From the NCBI GenBank assembly GCA_964234715.1, contig OZ174275.1: 64,000 bases of DNA, one strand, 5' to 3'. Source of the stretch: Podarcis melisellensis (lineage: Eukaryota). Position 1 is the stretch's first letter, and the number at the start of each line of letters is the position of its first letter. Positions 49,755 through 63,152 of this stretch are shown one piece after another. A model generated the notes under the pieces. That model was not told where the DNA came from and searched no databases. It worked only from the letters and a program-made list of their open reading frames with translations. A program made the translations under genes and the position numbers.

Positions 49755-52700
49755 TAGTTGCATTTAAACTGTGCAGGGCATTACAGATGGAGAGAAGGAA
49801 TTTAATCCTGAGGTACCCATTCACATAGCATGTTTCCTAACTGATCCTGCTAGTGGATTTTGAATAGCCCTAGACAGAATATTTTTATTTATTTTTGAAA
49901 TGTACAGTATATCACACCAGCATGACTTCAGAGACCTTGAACACTTTTTGTATTGCACTGCCCCGAAATTAGAACAATTAGTTCTGTTGCAGATTTGGTC
50001 TCTTTGTAATGAATAGTTAAGAGATATGTAGCATACATTGTAACAGCCATTCTACCTAAAACAAACACATTTTGAGTTGGCTAAATATGAATATTCAAGT
50101 TCTGTACTTATAGGACTTGATTCAGTTGAGAACAGGAGCAGCATGTGTACATAGGAATCCCATAAGGAACTAATTCAGCCTTGTTTTCCTTCTCCCCTGC
50201 TAATATGAGCACATAAAAGTGGTCTGGAAGGCAACCCTGCAAGGAATTGGAGGTCCATGCATGACTCCTCCATTCCTGTTGAATCCCTATTTATGCATCA
50301 TTCAAGTTACTCCTGTAGTGAGCATAAGTAATTCGCATGTTGTAAGGGGCAAGATGGAGAGATTGGATGTGCCCTTCCCTGCAGTGGCCCCTTGGTTCTG
50401 CTTGCGGTGCACCTGAGTCCTTGAGCTGGCAGAAGATGGGGAAAACGAGGCTCTATAGACTATGTTCCCACATTCAATTAGGTGAAGCCCACGGTTTTCA
50501 GTTGCAAATATTAATATTGGTATTAACAAATATGAAAGACTACACACATTCATAATCTAAGTAATAGAACTTAATATTGGTATGGACAAATAGTAAAGAC
50601 TTCATGCGTTATTAACTTAAGTAAAATAACTTTATAATAGCAAAGAATGCTGCATTTCCAATTGCTAGCAGCTGATTTATTCCCCATCTTAAATATTTGG
50701 TTTCCCCTCCACACACACACACACTTTCCCCAGCATTTTGCAGATTTAACATTAAAACCCTACGTGTCACCTTTGACTAGGCTTAGTGAAGAAATGTGTT
50801 GTATTAATTTTGATGTATTTGCCACAGTAGTAACATTAAACGTAGCTAGCAGTGGTTAAACCTCAAGCATCCTCTTTCCATTAAGCAGTAACTTAACAGA
50901 ATGCTTAAACTGTAGAGCAAACTGTCATCAGGAGGAGCAAAGCGGCTGAGGTTTTCCTATATCCCACATTACTCAGTTCCCAGAGCCCTGCTGTGTAGTT
51001 GTTCCAGTCTCCAAGAAGCCTGTTAAAGAGCCCCCAAGAGCATGTGTCCAGCCCTCCATGTTAATAGTTAATTGGTGAGGATGGCAAGATGAGAGGACAG
51101 CCGAACATGTGGTCTCTCAGTCTCAAGCACTAGACAGACTTTTTAGTTCTAATAACAGCAGCTGCTCACATTCTCACTACTGAGCTTCTCACAACTCTGT
51201 TGCTGGGATTTGTGAGTGGATTAAAAAAACGTAAGGGAAAGATCTTTGTCTAAAAGACAAAAGTTTTCCTTGTTTCACCTTTGCATAAAAGAGATTCATG
51301 TGCAGTTCTATATGTCTATTTATTCAATATTTCCAGTAGAATTAGCTTATTTATTTAATGTATTTATACTTTGGTTTTCAAGAGCACTCCTTACAAGGCA
51401 GCTTACAAAAAAAAATTAAAACAATAAAACGTCTCCTTTTTTTAAAGCCTGTTTAAGAGTAAAACCACTCAAGGTGTATATAATGCACATAATTGTTTAC
51501 CAAATGTAACACAAATGTAGTTATTATTTATTAAATTAACACAACAACTTTTCTCCTATAGCCTTTAGATTAAATAATCATTTATGTTCTGTGTAGTTTC
51601 CATGGGAGTTTATTGCATTGGGCAGGAACTGTCAGAAAAATAGCGTTGTTAAAGACTGGGGAAACTACAAAATTGGTTTCCTAAATTGCTTTATTGCGAG
51701 CTGAATCAAAACTTACCACCATAGAGGCCAATAATACAATATATTCTCCAGGAATGTGAATTGGAAGATAACCCTTCATAGTGCTTCTATTTGCTGTGAT
51801 CACTGAACAGTCTAAAAGGTCTAGTCAGAGTGATAGACATCTGTAAGGTCCCTGAGCATTTTGTTGCTATTTGTGTTTGTATATCTTTATCATCTGTGTC
51901 TTGCAGTAGAATAACATCAAACTCTACAAAGGGAAGATGTATAGGCTTGGATCTAAAGATTGGATGAATGGAACTCACTTATGCCACAGCCCTCAAAAGC
52001 CTCTCCTGAGGGTTGAGAAAGCTCTTGAGAAAGACCTGGGATGTGGCCCTGGGTTCTGCAGTGGAAGGAGTAATTGGAGAAAAACAAGCAGAGTTCTGCC
52101 TGTGCAAGCTGTCTCTCCCCAAATATCTCCAATTTCCCTTCCCTGTTGTCATATTCCAACTTTCTCAAAAGTAGCTTTTTAAGGAGCACAGGCAGTTGCA
52201 AGTTGGGGGCAGGAAAGCCCCATGGTGCATGAGCAGTTACAATTTGCTTTTCTGCAGGGTAGTAAATAGTGATTGGAACTATATATGCTTGGGGGAGAAA
52301 CTATACTATTTAGTCCTGCAACAAACAGTACAAATTGCTAATTTGTTTAGTTTTGTTGTAGGATCCAACTAGTTAAAGTGAACCTGTTTCATAAGCGGAT
52401 AGAATTATTACTCAGCATATACCAAGGGAAACTGATAAACGAAAAGTCAGTAGGAATAAGCCTTGTTATATTCCTCAAGGATTCAGTGAGGTACTGTTTA
52501 GTGTGGTGTTTTCATTATTTCATATGATATATTTAAAAATGTAGATGGTGAATTATTTATATCTTGCTTCTTTGAATTCACTGAAGTGAGTACATGTTAC
52601 ATTATGTTTCTCAGTAGAAAGAAAACCAGAAACAAACCTCTTCACATCTATAGACTTTTGTGTTCATGCTGGGTATTATTGCCTCTAAAGTCTCTTTCAA

Positions 52701-55048
52701 ATCAATTAGAATATTTTAGAACTTATGTTTTGATTATCAAATAGAGCAGGCTATGTGCTTATATATTTTTCTGTGCTGATGTTCTATTCTTTAAGCATTT
52801 TTATTCTTGGAGGTAAAAAATACCATATAGAACTAATATTTTTTATTAATTGATTGAATTTATTTAAGATTTTCCATCTTGTAGTCTCTGTACTACAACA
52901 GAAAAATATGTTTGGTGCTCTTCTAGAGGAAAAATATAGAACTTAGTTTTCATGGTACTAAGACTAGATTTGTGCTACTTTATTTTCTAAATGTAAATAA
53001 AAGAGAACATTTTGATGACTGCACATGGAGTTATAGAAGGTCATAGAATTGTGGGATCAGGTTTGGCAGGTTGATAGTAATTATGTTGTAAACCATTTTT
53101 TGCCTAAAAAAAAATATTATCAATATTTCAACCATGTGCAAAAAAGTAACTTGTCCTGGACAAGTCACATACCCTCGACCTAATCATCTTTAGCAGGTGT
53201 AACAATGAGCATCTCCTAACCATGGTTAAGAGATTGGGTGTGTGCTGCCAGATCACAAAGTCCCTCTCCACAGCGCTTTCACAAGCAAGTTTCTCCCCCT
53301 CTTCCTTAGTCGCCTGTGAGTATGATTAAGTATTACATCTGTACTGGCATGAATCATTGTTAGGCTGATGTGGTTTCTTTCTTAACACGGTTTTGAAATC
53401 AGACTTCAAAGCTGATTTCCCATCTTGGTTAAAGGGATCCCTAGTTTTCCTTGACAACAGTTAACAGTACTCAGGACCAACCGAGATTGACTCTAGAGAG
53501 GAGAGAAGATAGAGGGCGTAAAACATTTTGCCACCTCCCAGTTTCATAGCTGCAGTTACCATATTCCTCCCAACTATTACCTCTGCACCAGTCCACAGGA
53601 AGAGTTTTATGAAACTAAAACCATGTTTATCTGAGTTCCTTAGTGGAAGCTGTAATAAATCATTAACTTATTTGTAAAATTTCACACATTTAAGAAGATA
53701 AACTATACTAAGCAACAAAAATAGCATTGGATTTTTGAGCAGAAGGAAGCTTCACACAAGGGAATTCCCTGCCCCAAATCTACTGCAGTCCCTTGTACCA
53801 TCTACCCTGTAAAAACCTCTCCTCAGGGTGGGGAAAATCTTTGACAGTAGCTTGAGATGAGGCATAGGAGCTGCTGGATGAAAGAAAAATCACCCAAAAT
53901 TGGGTGGATGGCACGTTCCACAAATTCTGTCACCTATGGAAGATTCCTTGTACTTCATTTTGATCCCCCTCCCCGCTGTATTACTATCTGATCTTGGTGA
54001 TAAGACTGAGGGTGGTGGGGCCATTTTGACAGTTCTCAAATACTTTTTAAAATTAACTTTGACATTCGGCACTAGATTAACAGTGTAATCCTAAACGTGT
54101 CTACTCAAAAGTATTGAGTATTGAATTCAGTGGGACTTACTTTCAGAATTGCAGTCTAAATTGTCTCAAGAAGATTGCAATCTTCTTTCCTAGGGTCTTT
54201 CAAGAAAACATATTTTTGAAGGACAGCCTTAGAGCTATATAGTCTCTTTTAAAAAATGTAGATTGAAGTATATGATTCACTGGGTACACTTCAGTTGTGT
54301 GATTCTGAGATTAGCAACAACAAAACCAAGTTACAGAACAAATGTGTTTGTCTAATCTGAAATAAACTGTAGGGTTCTATAAAATAACTTGGTCTTGTTT
54401 AACTGAGAGTCAAGATTTCAGAATGAAAACTGCAGCATTGATTGAGATTGTTAGATGTTCTCACAGTATGGTGAGTACTCATCTGTTTAGGCATATGGAG
54501 TATTTTGGCTGCTGAGCTAGATAGTTAATATAATGTCTAGCATCCAAGTATGGACACAACTGTTACAAAGGCAGAAGGCAGGGAGCTCATGTATAGAGCT
54601 TATTTAAACAGTTCTGAGAAAAGGAAAGAGTCTAGTAAGAATAATTAGGATTTGATTATTTGTATTGGGAAAATAAAAGTTTGGTAATGTTTATATTTCT
54701 TGAATGTTTTGTGTTATTTATAAATAAGGTGATGCACTTTTGAAAATCACTGAAGAGTGTTTGTTGCTCAAATACAGCTTTTCCCAACTAGAACAAATAA
54801 ACATGATTTTAACATTTAATGTATAGTCAAATTTCTTCAAAATACTTTTATAAAGTACAGACTATTGCCTTATTTTCTTAACACCTACCTGCTTATCTCT
54901 ATCTTTTAGGTCTGTTCTATTAATTACATGATAATTATGATATAAAGGAATGTTGCATCTTTAATGATGTTTTTGTGCCCTGTGTAGTTAAGCTTTAATG
55001 CTAGGGGGAGGGAGGGAGATTAAATTAGCCTTCTAACCTCTTTCTGTT

Positions 55049-55380
55049 NNNNNNNNNNNNNNNNNNNNNNNNNNNNNNNNNNNNNNNNNNNNNNNNNNNN
55101 NNNNNNNNNNNNNNNNNNNNNNNNNNNNNNNNNNNNNNNNNNNNNNNNNNNNNNNNNNNNNNNNNNNNNNNNNNNNNNNNNNNNNNNNNNNNNNNNTCAC
55201 TTCTTGAAGTAAGTGCCAGTTCAGNNNNNNNNNNNNNNNNNNNNNNNNNNNNNNNNNNNNNNNNNNNNNNNNNNNNNNNNNNNNNNNNNNNNNNNNNNNN
55301 NNNNNNNNNNNNNNNNNNNNNNNNNNNNNNNNNNNNNNNNNNNNNNNNNNNNNNNNNNNNNNNNNNNNNNNNNNNNNNNN
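55049..55380. other. Two assembly gaps (55049-55196, 55225-55380) around a 28-bp island; a third gap at 62499-62674
   Basis: Runs of N. Confidence 0.99.
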
Positions 55381-57109
55381 CCTCCTGTTCTGGGAGTTTC
55401 TGGTTGGAGTCCAAAATCCTTCGATTGATGTTTATAAAATGGTCTTACTTCAGCTTATTAACTTACGTTGCAGATCAAATAAGAAATATTTTTCCAGAGT
55501 CTTTCTGTTAGAAGCTCTTCAAAATCCATTCTCCCTACTCCTCCCCCATGAGCTGTGTTTGCATGGCATGAGATTTAGAAATGTCTGTATCGCGTGTACT
55601 TGAAAGTATATGTTGTGTCACATTCATTATATTTACTTTTAATTTCAGAAACATAAACAGTACGTATCAAAGTTCACATTTTTAAAAAGGTGCTGTTTAA
55701 TTGTGCAATTTAAAACAGGAAAAGCTAGCTGATCAATCCTTCAGCCTTCTCTTTTCTTAAAAATTATTTTCGTAAAATAGGGCATCATGAGTTCAGAAAT
55801 GTGAAAACACACAGCAACAGACCGAAGAAGGAACACTTTGCATTATTTATTGGCTGCATCATTAATATTTAAAGGAAAACTAGTCATTAGTTAAAAATTA
55901 AAGCAGATGAGGGCCTTGCCAGCAGAGGGAGCAGTCATGTCTTCTGTCAGATTCCCATCATTTCCCCACCTATTTCATCTTTTTTCCCAGCCAGTCTCCC
56001 ATCTGGACCTAGCTTTGGCAGCCTGTTCCTGATGACAGGCTATAATTTTATACTCAATAAGGGATTAGTGTAAACTGATTGTAAAATTCAGTATCTTTAA
56101 CCTACCATTTGATTACAAACATCAGATGGATGCTCTGCTTGATATTTGCTTGTTGGTGATTGCATATGTAGGCAAGTCGCTGTTTGGTCCTCTATGAATT
56201 ACTTAATTCCCTCCTTTGAGGAAGCAGCAGAGATATATAGCTATTTCAAATGCAGCACATTTCTTATATTTAAACTGAATCAGAAAGAGGTACTTGGTTT
56301 CTAACAAGAATTCAGATTTCCCAAAGTCATTCTGCCTCTAATATTATTTCTGTCTTTGAAATGCATAAAAAATTAAAATTATAACTAGTAAAGCAGTATT
56401 TCTATTCTACCTTGACTACAGAAAAAACCTGTTCAAAATATGCTACATTTTTCAGACAACTGACACAGGTATCCAACCTTCTCTTACTCAAGTGTCTTGT
56501 CTGTAGTATAAATTAAATATCAGTGCTAAGGATGTTTTCTTGGAAGAGAGTTCTGTTGAAAGCAATAGGATTCTCATATCCATCCTTCTTTATTATATAT
56601 GTAAAAAAAAATATGTTGCAGACAAAGCTGGAAGCAATAACACTGATTGGATGAACATTTGTTCATATTGGAATATAAATTTTCATAGCTCAGTAGTAGC
56701 AATCTGATTCCATTTTTGATTAAAGTAGAACCCATTCCTTTTTGTATTGGACTGACTTTTCCCAAAAATCGCCCCGGTCCCTAATAAACCTAAAGGTTTC
56801 CCTTCCTTGGCCTATTCAAATACTGAGGTCTATGCACAATATTTAAATCATATGACCTACATATAATTTAAGAAGACGGCACACATGGAATAGAGAAACC
56901 AAATTTTTGTCCTATATTTTGCTTACATAGCCTCAGGCAAATGACTTGATTGTTATGTGCAATTTTCTGTATCTTTAAGATGACAAAACAGCTTATTCTA
57001 TCCTGTTACTATGTTTTGTAACCCTGACTGTGTAGTATGTTGCATTTATTAGTAGTTTTACTCCAAAAGTTAGTGTGCTTGCTGTTTTTCTTAATCTATT
57101 ATTGCCTCC

Positions 57110-58440
57110 ATCGATCAAATTGTACCTGGACCAAATTACAATTCAGAACTATTGCCCTCTTCATCAGATACATGAAGGGTTATCATGTGTTGGGGGAGGA
57201 TTGTAGCCAGTGAAGTAAAAAAGAAATGAAATGCAGACGGTATGAACAGGGATAAATAACAGGGATAAATCAACAGTAACTATTCACAATAAACAGTTAC
57301 TGTTGATAACACAGATATCCTGGCATTGGCACATGTGGTGCAATTTTTTTAAAAAAAAACCTTTGTCTCAGTTCAGTCTATATGATTTGCAATTCAGCAG
57401 TTTCATGTTGCAGTCTTTCTTTGAAATTCCTTTGTTCGAGGATGACCTTTTTAAGATCAGTTACAGAAATATGTTCCCACTGGTTTCTGGATATTGCCAT
57501 TTCTGATGCCAGAAGACTGACCTAGTTGTCCTCTGTAGAATGCAGATAGTGGCCTGCATAATGTTGGAAGCTAGGGTTGGGTGATACCAGCTTTTCAACA
57601 TCACTTTGTATCACCAGCCAAACATTGCCGTTTGGCAATATACTGCAATGTTGAAAAAACAAGCTGCATTGACCTCTGCCCGTGAGGCCCTTGGGGAAAC
57701 TGCCCCAGATCTCACGTCAGGAACTAAGGCTGTTTCACCCAGGCGCTGGGACACCACAGCTTGTCTGCGCAGCTCAGCTGAGGAGCAGGAGGATTCCCGC
57801 TCCCCAGCTGAGACAGCGCCTGGCACTCCTGCCGCTCACACGAGAGCGGGCAGAGCATCAGGGCTCCTTTAACTGCTCGAAGTGGGGAGCTCCAACCACA
57901 CTCGCCTCAGCTGAGCAGTTTCAGGGAGCCCCTCCCCCCAGCGCACCAGCTCACAGGAGCCAGCACTGAGCTAGGGGCTCATTTAACTGCTAGGCTGTGG
58001 TAAGGGCAGCTGCACACTCCTCATTCGAGCAGTTTAAACATGCAGAGGGAGGAACAAGGTGCATCGGCGCCTCGCTGATACAGCTTGTTTCTCTGTCTGC
58101 ATCGTATGAGGGCAGTTTCACTCAGCGATATATTGCCGCTGCTCCTGAGTCCCTCTGCTAGCAGTACCGCTGGAAGAAGGAACTCTAGCGGCCGCTACTA
58201 GCAGAGGGACTCAGAAGTGGTGGCATTTTCACCAACAATATACAGTGCCACTGAGTGTAGTCCTCAGCGATATATCGCCCAGGCAAAAGCTGATCAAGTG
58301 AATGAACACCAGATACTGTGAGTGACATTCGGTTCTGCAGTAGTGTTGCCAGGGTAGACATGGGGACAAAACTGAGCATCGGGATATTATCCCTGTCTTT
58401 GTATATCTGTTATGTTGCCTGTTGCTGGTAATCTATGATG
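57110..58440 (-). mobile_element. Degenerate Penelope-like element (GIY-YIG endonuclease region plus 3' end), interrupted by an insertion
   Basis: Minus-strand translations: QFCPHVYPGNT..PNVTHSI..SFT (58290-58375), SAFYRGQLGQS..IRNGNIQKPVG and SVTDLKKVILEQRNFKERLQHETAELQII (57380-57550). CTGATGA core at 57161-57167. Confidence 0.75.
57572..58284. mobile_element. Non-autonomous hAT-like DNA element nested in the PLE relic
   Basis: Imperfect terminal inverted repeats TAGGGTTGGGTGATA ... TATCGCCCAGGC, a GC-rich interior, and PLE coding sequence resuming on both sides. Confidence 0.55.
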
Positions 58441-58444
58441 CAAC

Positions 58445-58600
58445 TGCATTTGGAATACTGTGTACAGTTCTGGTCACCTCACTTCAAAAAGGATATTGTT
58501 GAGTTGGAAAAGGTTCATGAAAGAGCAACCAAAAGGGGTGGAGCAACTCTCCTGTAAGAAAAGGTTGCAGCATTTGGAATTTATTTATTTTTTAGTTTAG
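58445..58600 (+). mobile_element. CR1 3' ORF2 fragment
   Basis: [28 protein letters not shown] motif. Confidence 0.75.
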
Positions 58601-59249
58601 AGACAAGTTTGTACTGTTCTTTGTGGAACTATTCTTGAATTCCTCTCAGAAAATACTGCTGCTCATGTTCTGAATGGGCTCATCTTCCTGGAACATGAGA
58701 CTCTGCCTTTATTGTTAAAATTGTACTGGCTACCAGTCTGTACCCAGACTCATTTACTGATACTGATTATCTTAGGCCTAAATGGTTTGATACTGTACTA
58801 TGATACATAGAGGACTAAGTAAACCTTGTATTACCTTTGTCTGGCATGTGTCAGTGCTAAAGCAGTTCTGGGGAATTTATTGCCTTCTAGAAGCTGTTGG
58901 ACTCCAACTCCCATCAGCTCCAGCCTGCAATAGCCAGTAATCATGGATACTAAGAGTTAATTCGGCATTATCTGGAGAGGCATAGATTCACTATGCTCTG
59001 CAGTAAAATAAATAAATAAATAAAAGCTTCAGTGTGACTACTTCCAGATTGTGGAAATCTGACCCAGGAGAGACTCTGGCTGTGTTTTACTCGCTGGAAA
59101 GCCCACTACTTTCTCCCCTTTACTGGACCACAAACACAAAATTACTTCGTCTCTCCCCCAACCCCTAACACTCATTCTCTTCTCCCTCTGGAGAAGATAG
59201 GCAAGGAAGCGACACACATGCTTAGCTTTTAGGAGAAGTCTAGCCAAAG

Positions 59250-60600
59250 CTGGCTAGAAAAATGATCCTCTACCAGCTTCTTCCCATTCACAGTTCACAG
59301 AATTCAACACTACATTAGCTGCCTTGTAGCTCTTTCTTCAAGTGAAAGGGCATATATAAGTACAATCAGTGGCACTAGAACCAGTCTCTACAGAGAAATG
59401 CTTCTTCAGCATCTATTCAATCTTCTTCGTGGTACTCCAAAAAGACTATGTCTCTTGGAGAGCCATTCTGGACCTAAAATTTCTGAACCAAAATTCAAAA
59501 TGGAAACTCTTTGTCTATCAAACTCAGCAACATCCTAATCCATCACAGATTCCATCATAGTGAAATCTAGCACCAACAGATAAGGAGGCACCCAATTTTG
59601 GAAGCTTCAGGCAGAAGTATGCCTCTTCCTCAGCTGGACAGAACACAAAATCCAGTCAGCCACAGCCAAGCACATCTCCAGGCTCCTGAAGATGCAAGGA
59701 GACTGGCCGAGAATGCAGGAAAATGGACCACGCAAAATGGCAACTGCATTTGGCAGTTTTCCATCAGCTTCTGTCAAAGTTCAGCCAATGCCAAGTTTGC
59801 CTCAGACTAGAATCATCAGCTCCCACGGTTCTTTACCAGATTGCCCCGCTCTTCCCATGGCCACCAGGTCTTTTCTTCCCTCCACTTCCCATTATTTTGA
59901 GGGTCCTCCAGAAGATCAGAGAAGAGCTCTTCATCACACCATTCTGGTCTTGTTGTTATTGGTTCCCTCAAATACTCCACCTGGCAGTCTCCCCTCCCTG
60001 GTACTTACCTCACAAATCTCCTGACTCAGGACCCAGTTCTTTATCTGGAGCCCAACTGGCTCCAGCTGACTGCGTGGAGTTTGAATGATGACTCTTTACC
60101 AAGCTGGACTTACCTACAGATGTCATTGCTACACTCCTACACTCCAGGAGGCCCTCCACCATCCACTAGTACCAATCCGCCTGGGAAACCTTTCAGCTCT
60201 GGTGTGCAACCACAATATGCTTCTCCAAGAAAGTGGAAGCTTTCCACTATCCTTTCCTTTCTAAGGATGGCCTTGGCAAAGGCCTTCACTCAAATACCCT
60301 CAAATGGCAAGCAGTAGCTCTCTCTTCTATCCTGCCATAACCATCCACTGCCCCCCTCTCATCCCATCCACTCTTGAAACGATTCCTTAGAGAGGCAACT
60401 CTAAATTGTTCCCTGACCAGCCACAGATTCCCATCCAGGAACCTCTACAAGGTCCTATCACTTTTACAGAAGTCTCCCTTTGAACCACAAGGGGAGGTCT
60501 CCTTCAAGGTCTCATTTGTAGTGGCCATCATTTCAGCTCACAGAATTTCAGAACTCAGAGCTCTGTCTACAGCCAAGCACCTCTGCGCCTTTCAAAGTCA
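59250..60600 (+). mobile_element. Degenerate DIRS1-like tyrosine-recombinase retrotransposon
   Basis: RT relic IYSIFFVV.QKD..WRAILDLKFLN; MT-like FPWPPGLFFPPLPIILRVLQKIREE; YR relic KRFLR..HRFPS.NL..VL..L.KSPFEP..KVSFVVAIISAHRISELRALS. Many frameshifts and deletions. Confidence 0.8.
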
Positions 60601-60799
60601 AACTCATCTGATAGCCTGGTTGGGTCTAGTTTAATAATAACAATAATAACGACAATAATTAACAATAAAGAATATATAAAAATTTACTAATAAAGAATAA
60701 TAATAGTTTGTTTGGATTTTAGTAGATATCAGTGTTTAGTATCATTACATGTAGGGTTAGTTTGGATGTAGTAATACTGGCCTGATTAACAAATCATAG

Positions 60800-60940
60800 T
60801 TTATTAAGCTACAAACAAGTGTCGACGACCTTGATTGAGCCGGAAAGGCACCCGACCCCCCCCCAACAGCCGAGAGGAGCTCCAAACCCAGGAACAGTGG
60901 AGCCAACGCAGAGAGGGAGAAAAAGAAAAGAGGGAAAGAA

Positions 60941-61001
<61 letters not shown>

Positions 61002-62413
61002 AAAAGGAGCCCTAAATTTACCGCTGATGCCCCCATCTCTGCCGACAAAGAAGAGGGGAGGTAGGTGAACACGGGAAGGCAAAAGACGCTGCGAAAACAC
61101 GTGGCTGAGCCGACCTGAGCCGACCGGAGCCTACCTCTCCATGCAAAGCCGCATGACAAAGGAAATCGCAAAAAGGAAGAAACTACCCCCTTTTTTCTCT
61201 CCTTTTTTCTAAAAACAAACAAAATCCCTTTTTTTAACCCCTTCCTACCCCTACCCCTTCCCCCCCTTTTTTTTTTAAAAAAAAAAGAAATACTTTTTTA
61301 TTCCCCCCCATATACCTACTTTTATCATTTTTCTTTTTAAAAGAGGGGCCACTGCTGCTGCAGCCACCCTTTAATTGAATCTTTATTTTCATTTCTATCT
61401 TTTCTACACACTATTTAAAGACACACTTTTCCACACACACACCCCCTCAATTTAAACCTCATTTTATTTTCACCTCAAACTCCCCTCTTAAGAATTAAAA
61501 TGGCAGTACCCAGAAAACAGCCCTGAACCATCACAGGCCGTTTCCTGGGACTGCCACTTCGCCCCCAGACTTTCCACTCTCTTTTACCTATACCTTACTC
61601 ATTTTTATTTTTATTTTTAAATAAAAAGCTCTATCTATCTACCTATCTATCTAAAGACAACCCCCCCTTTCTTTTTCTTTTTTTTACCTTTAATTCTCAT
61701 TTTTATCTTTTACCCGTACAATTTTAATTACTTTTTTACAAACAAAAAATAAGAACAATAATTAGGGGGAAATAGTATTATTTATTTTTATTCTTTATTT
61801 TTTATTTTTAAAAACAACAACAACACACACACACATTCCCCCCCCCCCTCTTTTTAAAGCCCTTTCTTTTCTATTTGTTGGCTTGTTCTTGAGGGGGAAA
61901 TCTTTCACCCCCAGCTACAACCACCACTCTCTTTTAAAACAAAAATTTCCTCTACATCACTGTTATTGTTATTGATACTCCCCCCCTCAACTCCCCCCTT
62001 TTATTTTTCTCTCCCTTTTTTCTCTCCCCTCTCTCTCTTCACCACTCCTCATTTTTTCCCTTTATCCCACCTTTCATTTTTCATCCCCAATTTTGCTTTC
62101 TATCCCTTGTATTTTTTTTAAAAAAAAAATCAACCCCCCCCCCCCGTTTTAGCCTGTCTGTCAGTTTGTTTATGAGAGGGGAGCCCTTCCCCCCACCCCC
62201 TCTTTTAAAATAAGACTTTCCCCCATACCATTGCAGCAGCTCTCCCTCCCTCCCTCCCTCCTCCCCTCTCCCCCTCTCTTTTCTTCTCCTTCCCTCTCCC
62301 ACCCCTCCGCCTCCTCCTCTCCTTTACTCTCCCTCCTCCCTCTCTCCATCCCCCCTTCCCCTAAAGGAACTACTGCTGCAATCTAATACCACTGATATTA
62401 CTGTACTATCTCT

Positions 62414-62475
<62 letters not shown>

Positions 62476-63152
62476 CCTCCTCTCTTACTCCAATCTCCNN
62501 NNNNNNNNNNNNNNNNNNNNNNNNNNNNNNNNNNNNNNNNNNNNNNNNNNNNNNNNNNNNNNNNNNNNNNNNNNNNNNNNNNNNNNNNNNNNNNNNNNNN
62601 NNNNNNNNNNNNNNNNNNNNNNNNNNNNNNNNNNNNNNNNNNNNNNNNNNNNNNNNNNNNNNNNNNNNNNNNNNTTACATATAGCCTATTTGTCTGTCTC
62701 TGTTTCTAAGCGCACTCCCAACCCCAATTCCCACCTTAACTGGACCCCAGTACCCCTTTTGGATATATACAACCCCCTCCTAAACACATATTTCCCCTGG
62801 CCCCACCCCTCTAATCTCTTGCATCTCTACCTGCTAACCCCCCTCCCTTTATATGAACTGTCTGTCCGTTAGTGTACCCATCTCTGCTTACCTGCCCTCC
62901 CCCCCAGCCTCGGCGGCATCGCTGAGGCAACTACAGAAAACCCAAGAGAAGTTCTTAAAACACAGGCTAGAAGTGACACAAATGACCACCTAATCCAAAC
63001 GCTCTGTAAAAGCCACCAGCCAACAAAGCCTGATCAGCTCAACAACCCAACAATACCCAGGAATCACCACTGCCACAACTCCTAACCACCACACGCCCTA
63101 CCCCAAGTGGACGCCAAGCCAACCTCAAACCAAAACTATCAAGGAGACCGAG
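60800..63152 (+). mobile_element. Probable 5' UTR of the L1-clade element
   Basis: CpG-retaining segment ~60820-61170 followed by a long T/C/A-tract low-complexity region leading to ORF1. The 5' boundary is uncertain and the region contains a gap. Confidence 0.5.
60944..61003. repeat. (GAAA)n microsatellite
   Basis: Direct reading of the sequence. Confidence 0.95.
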
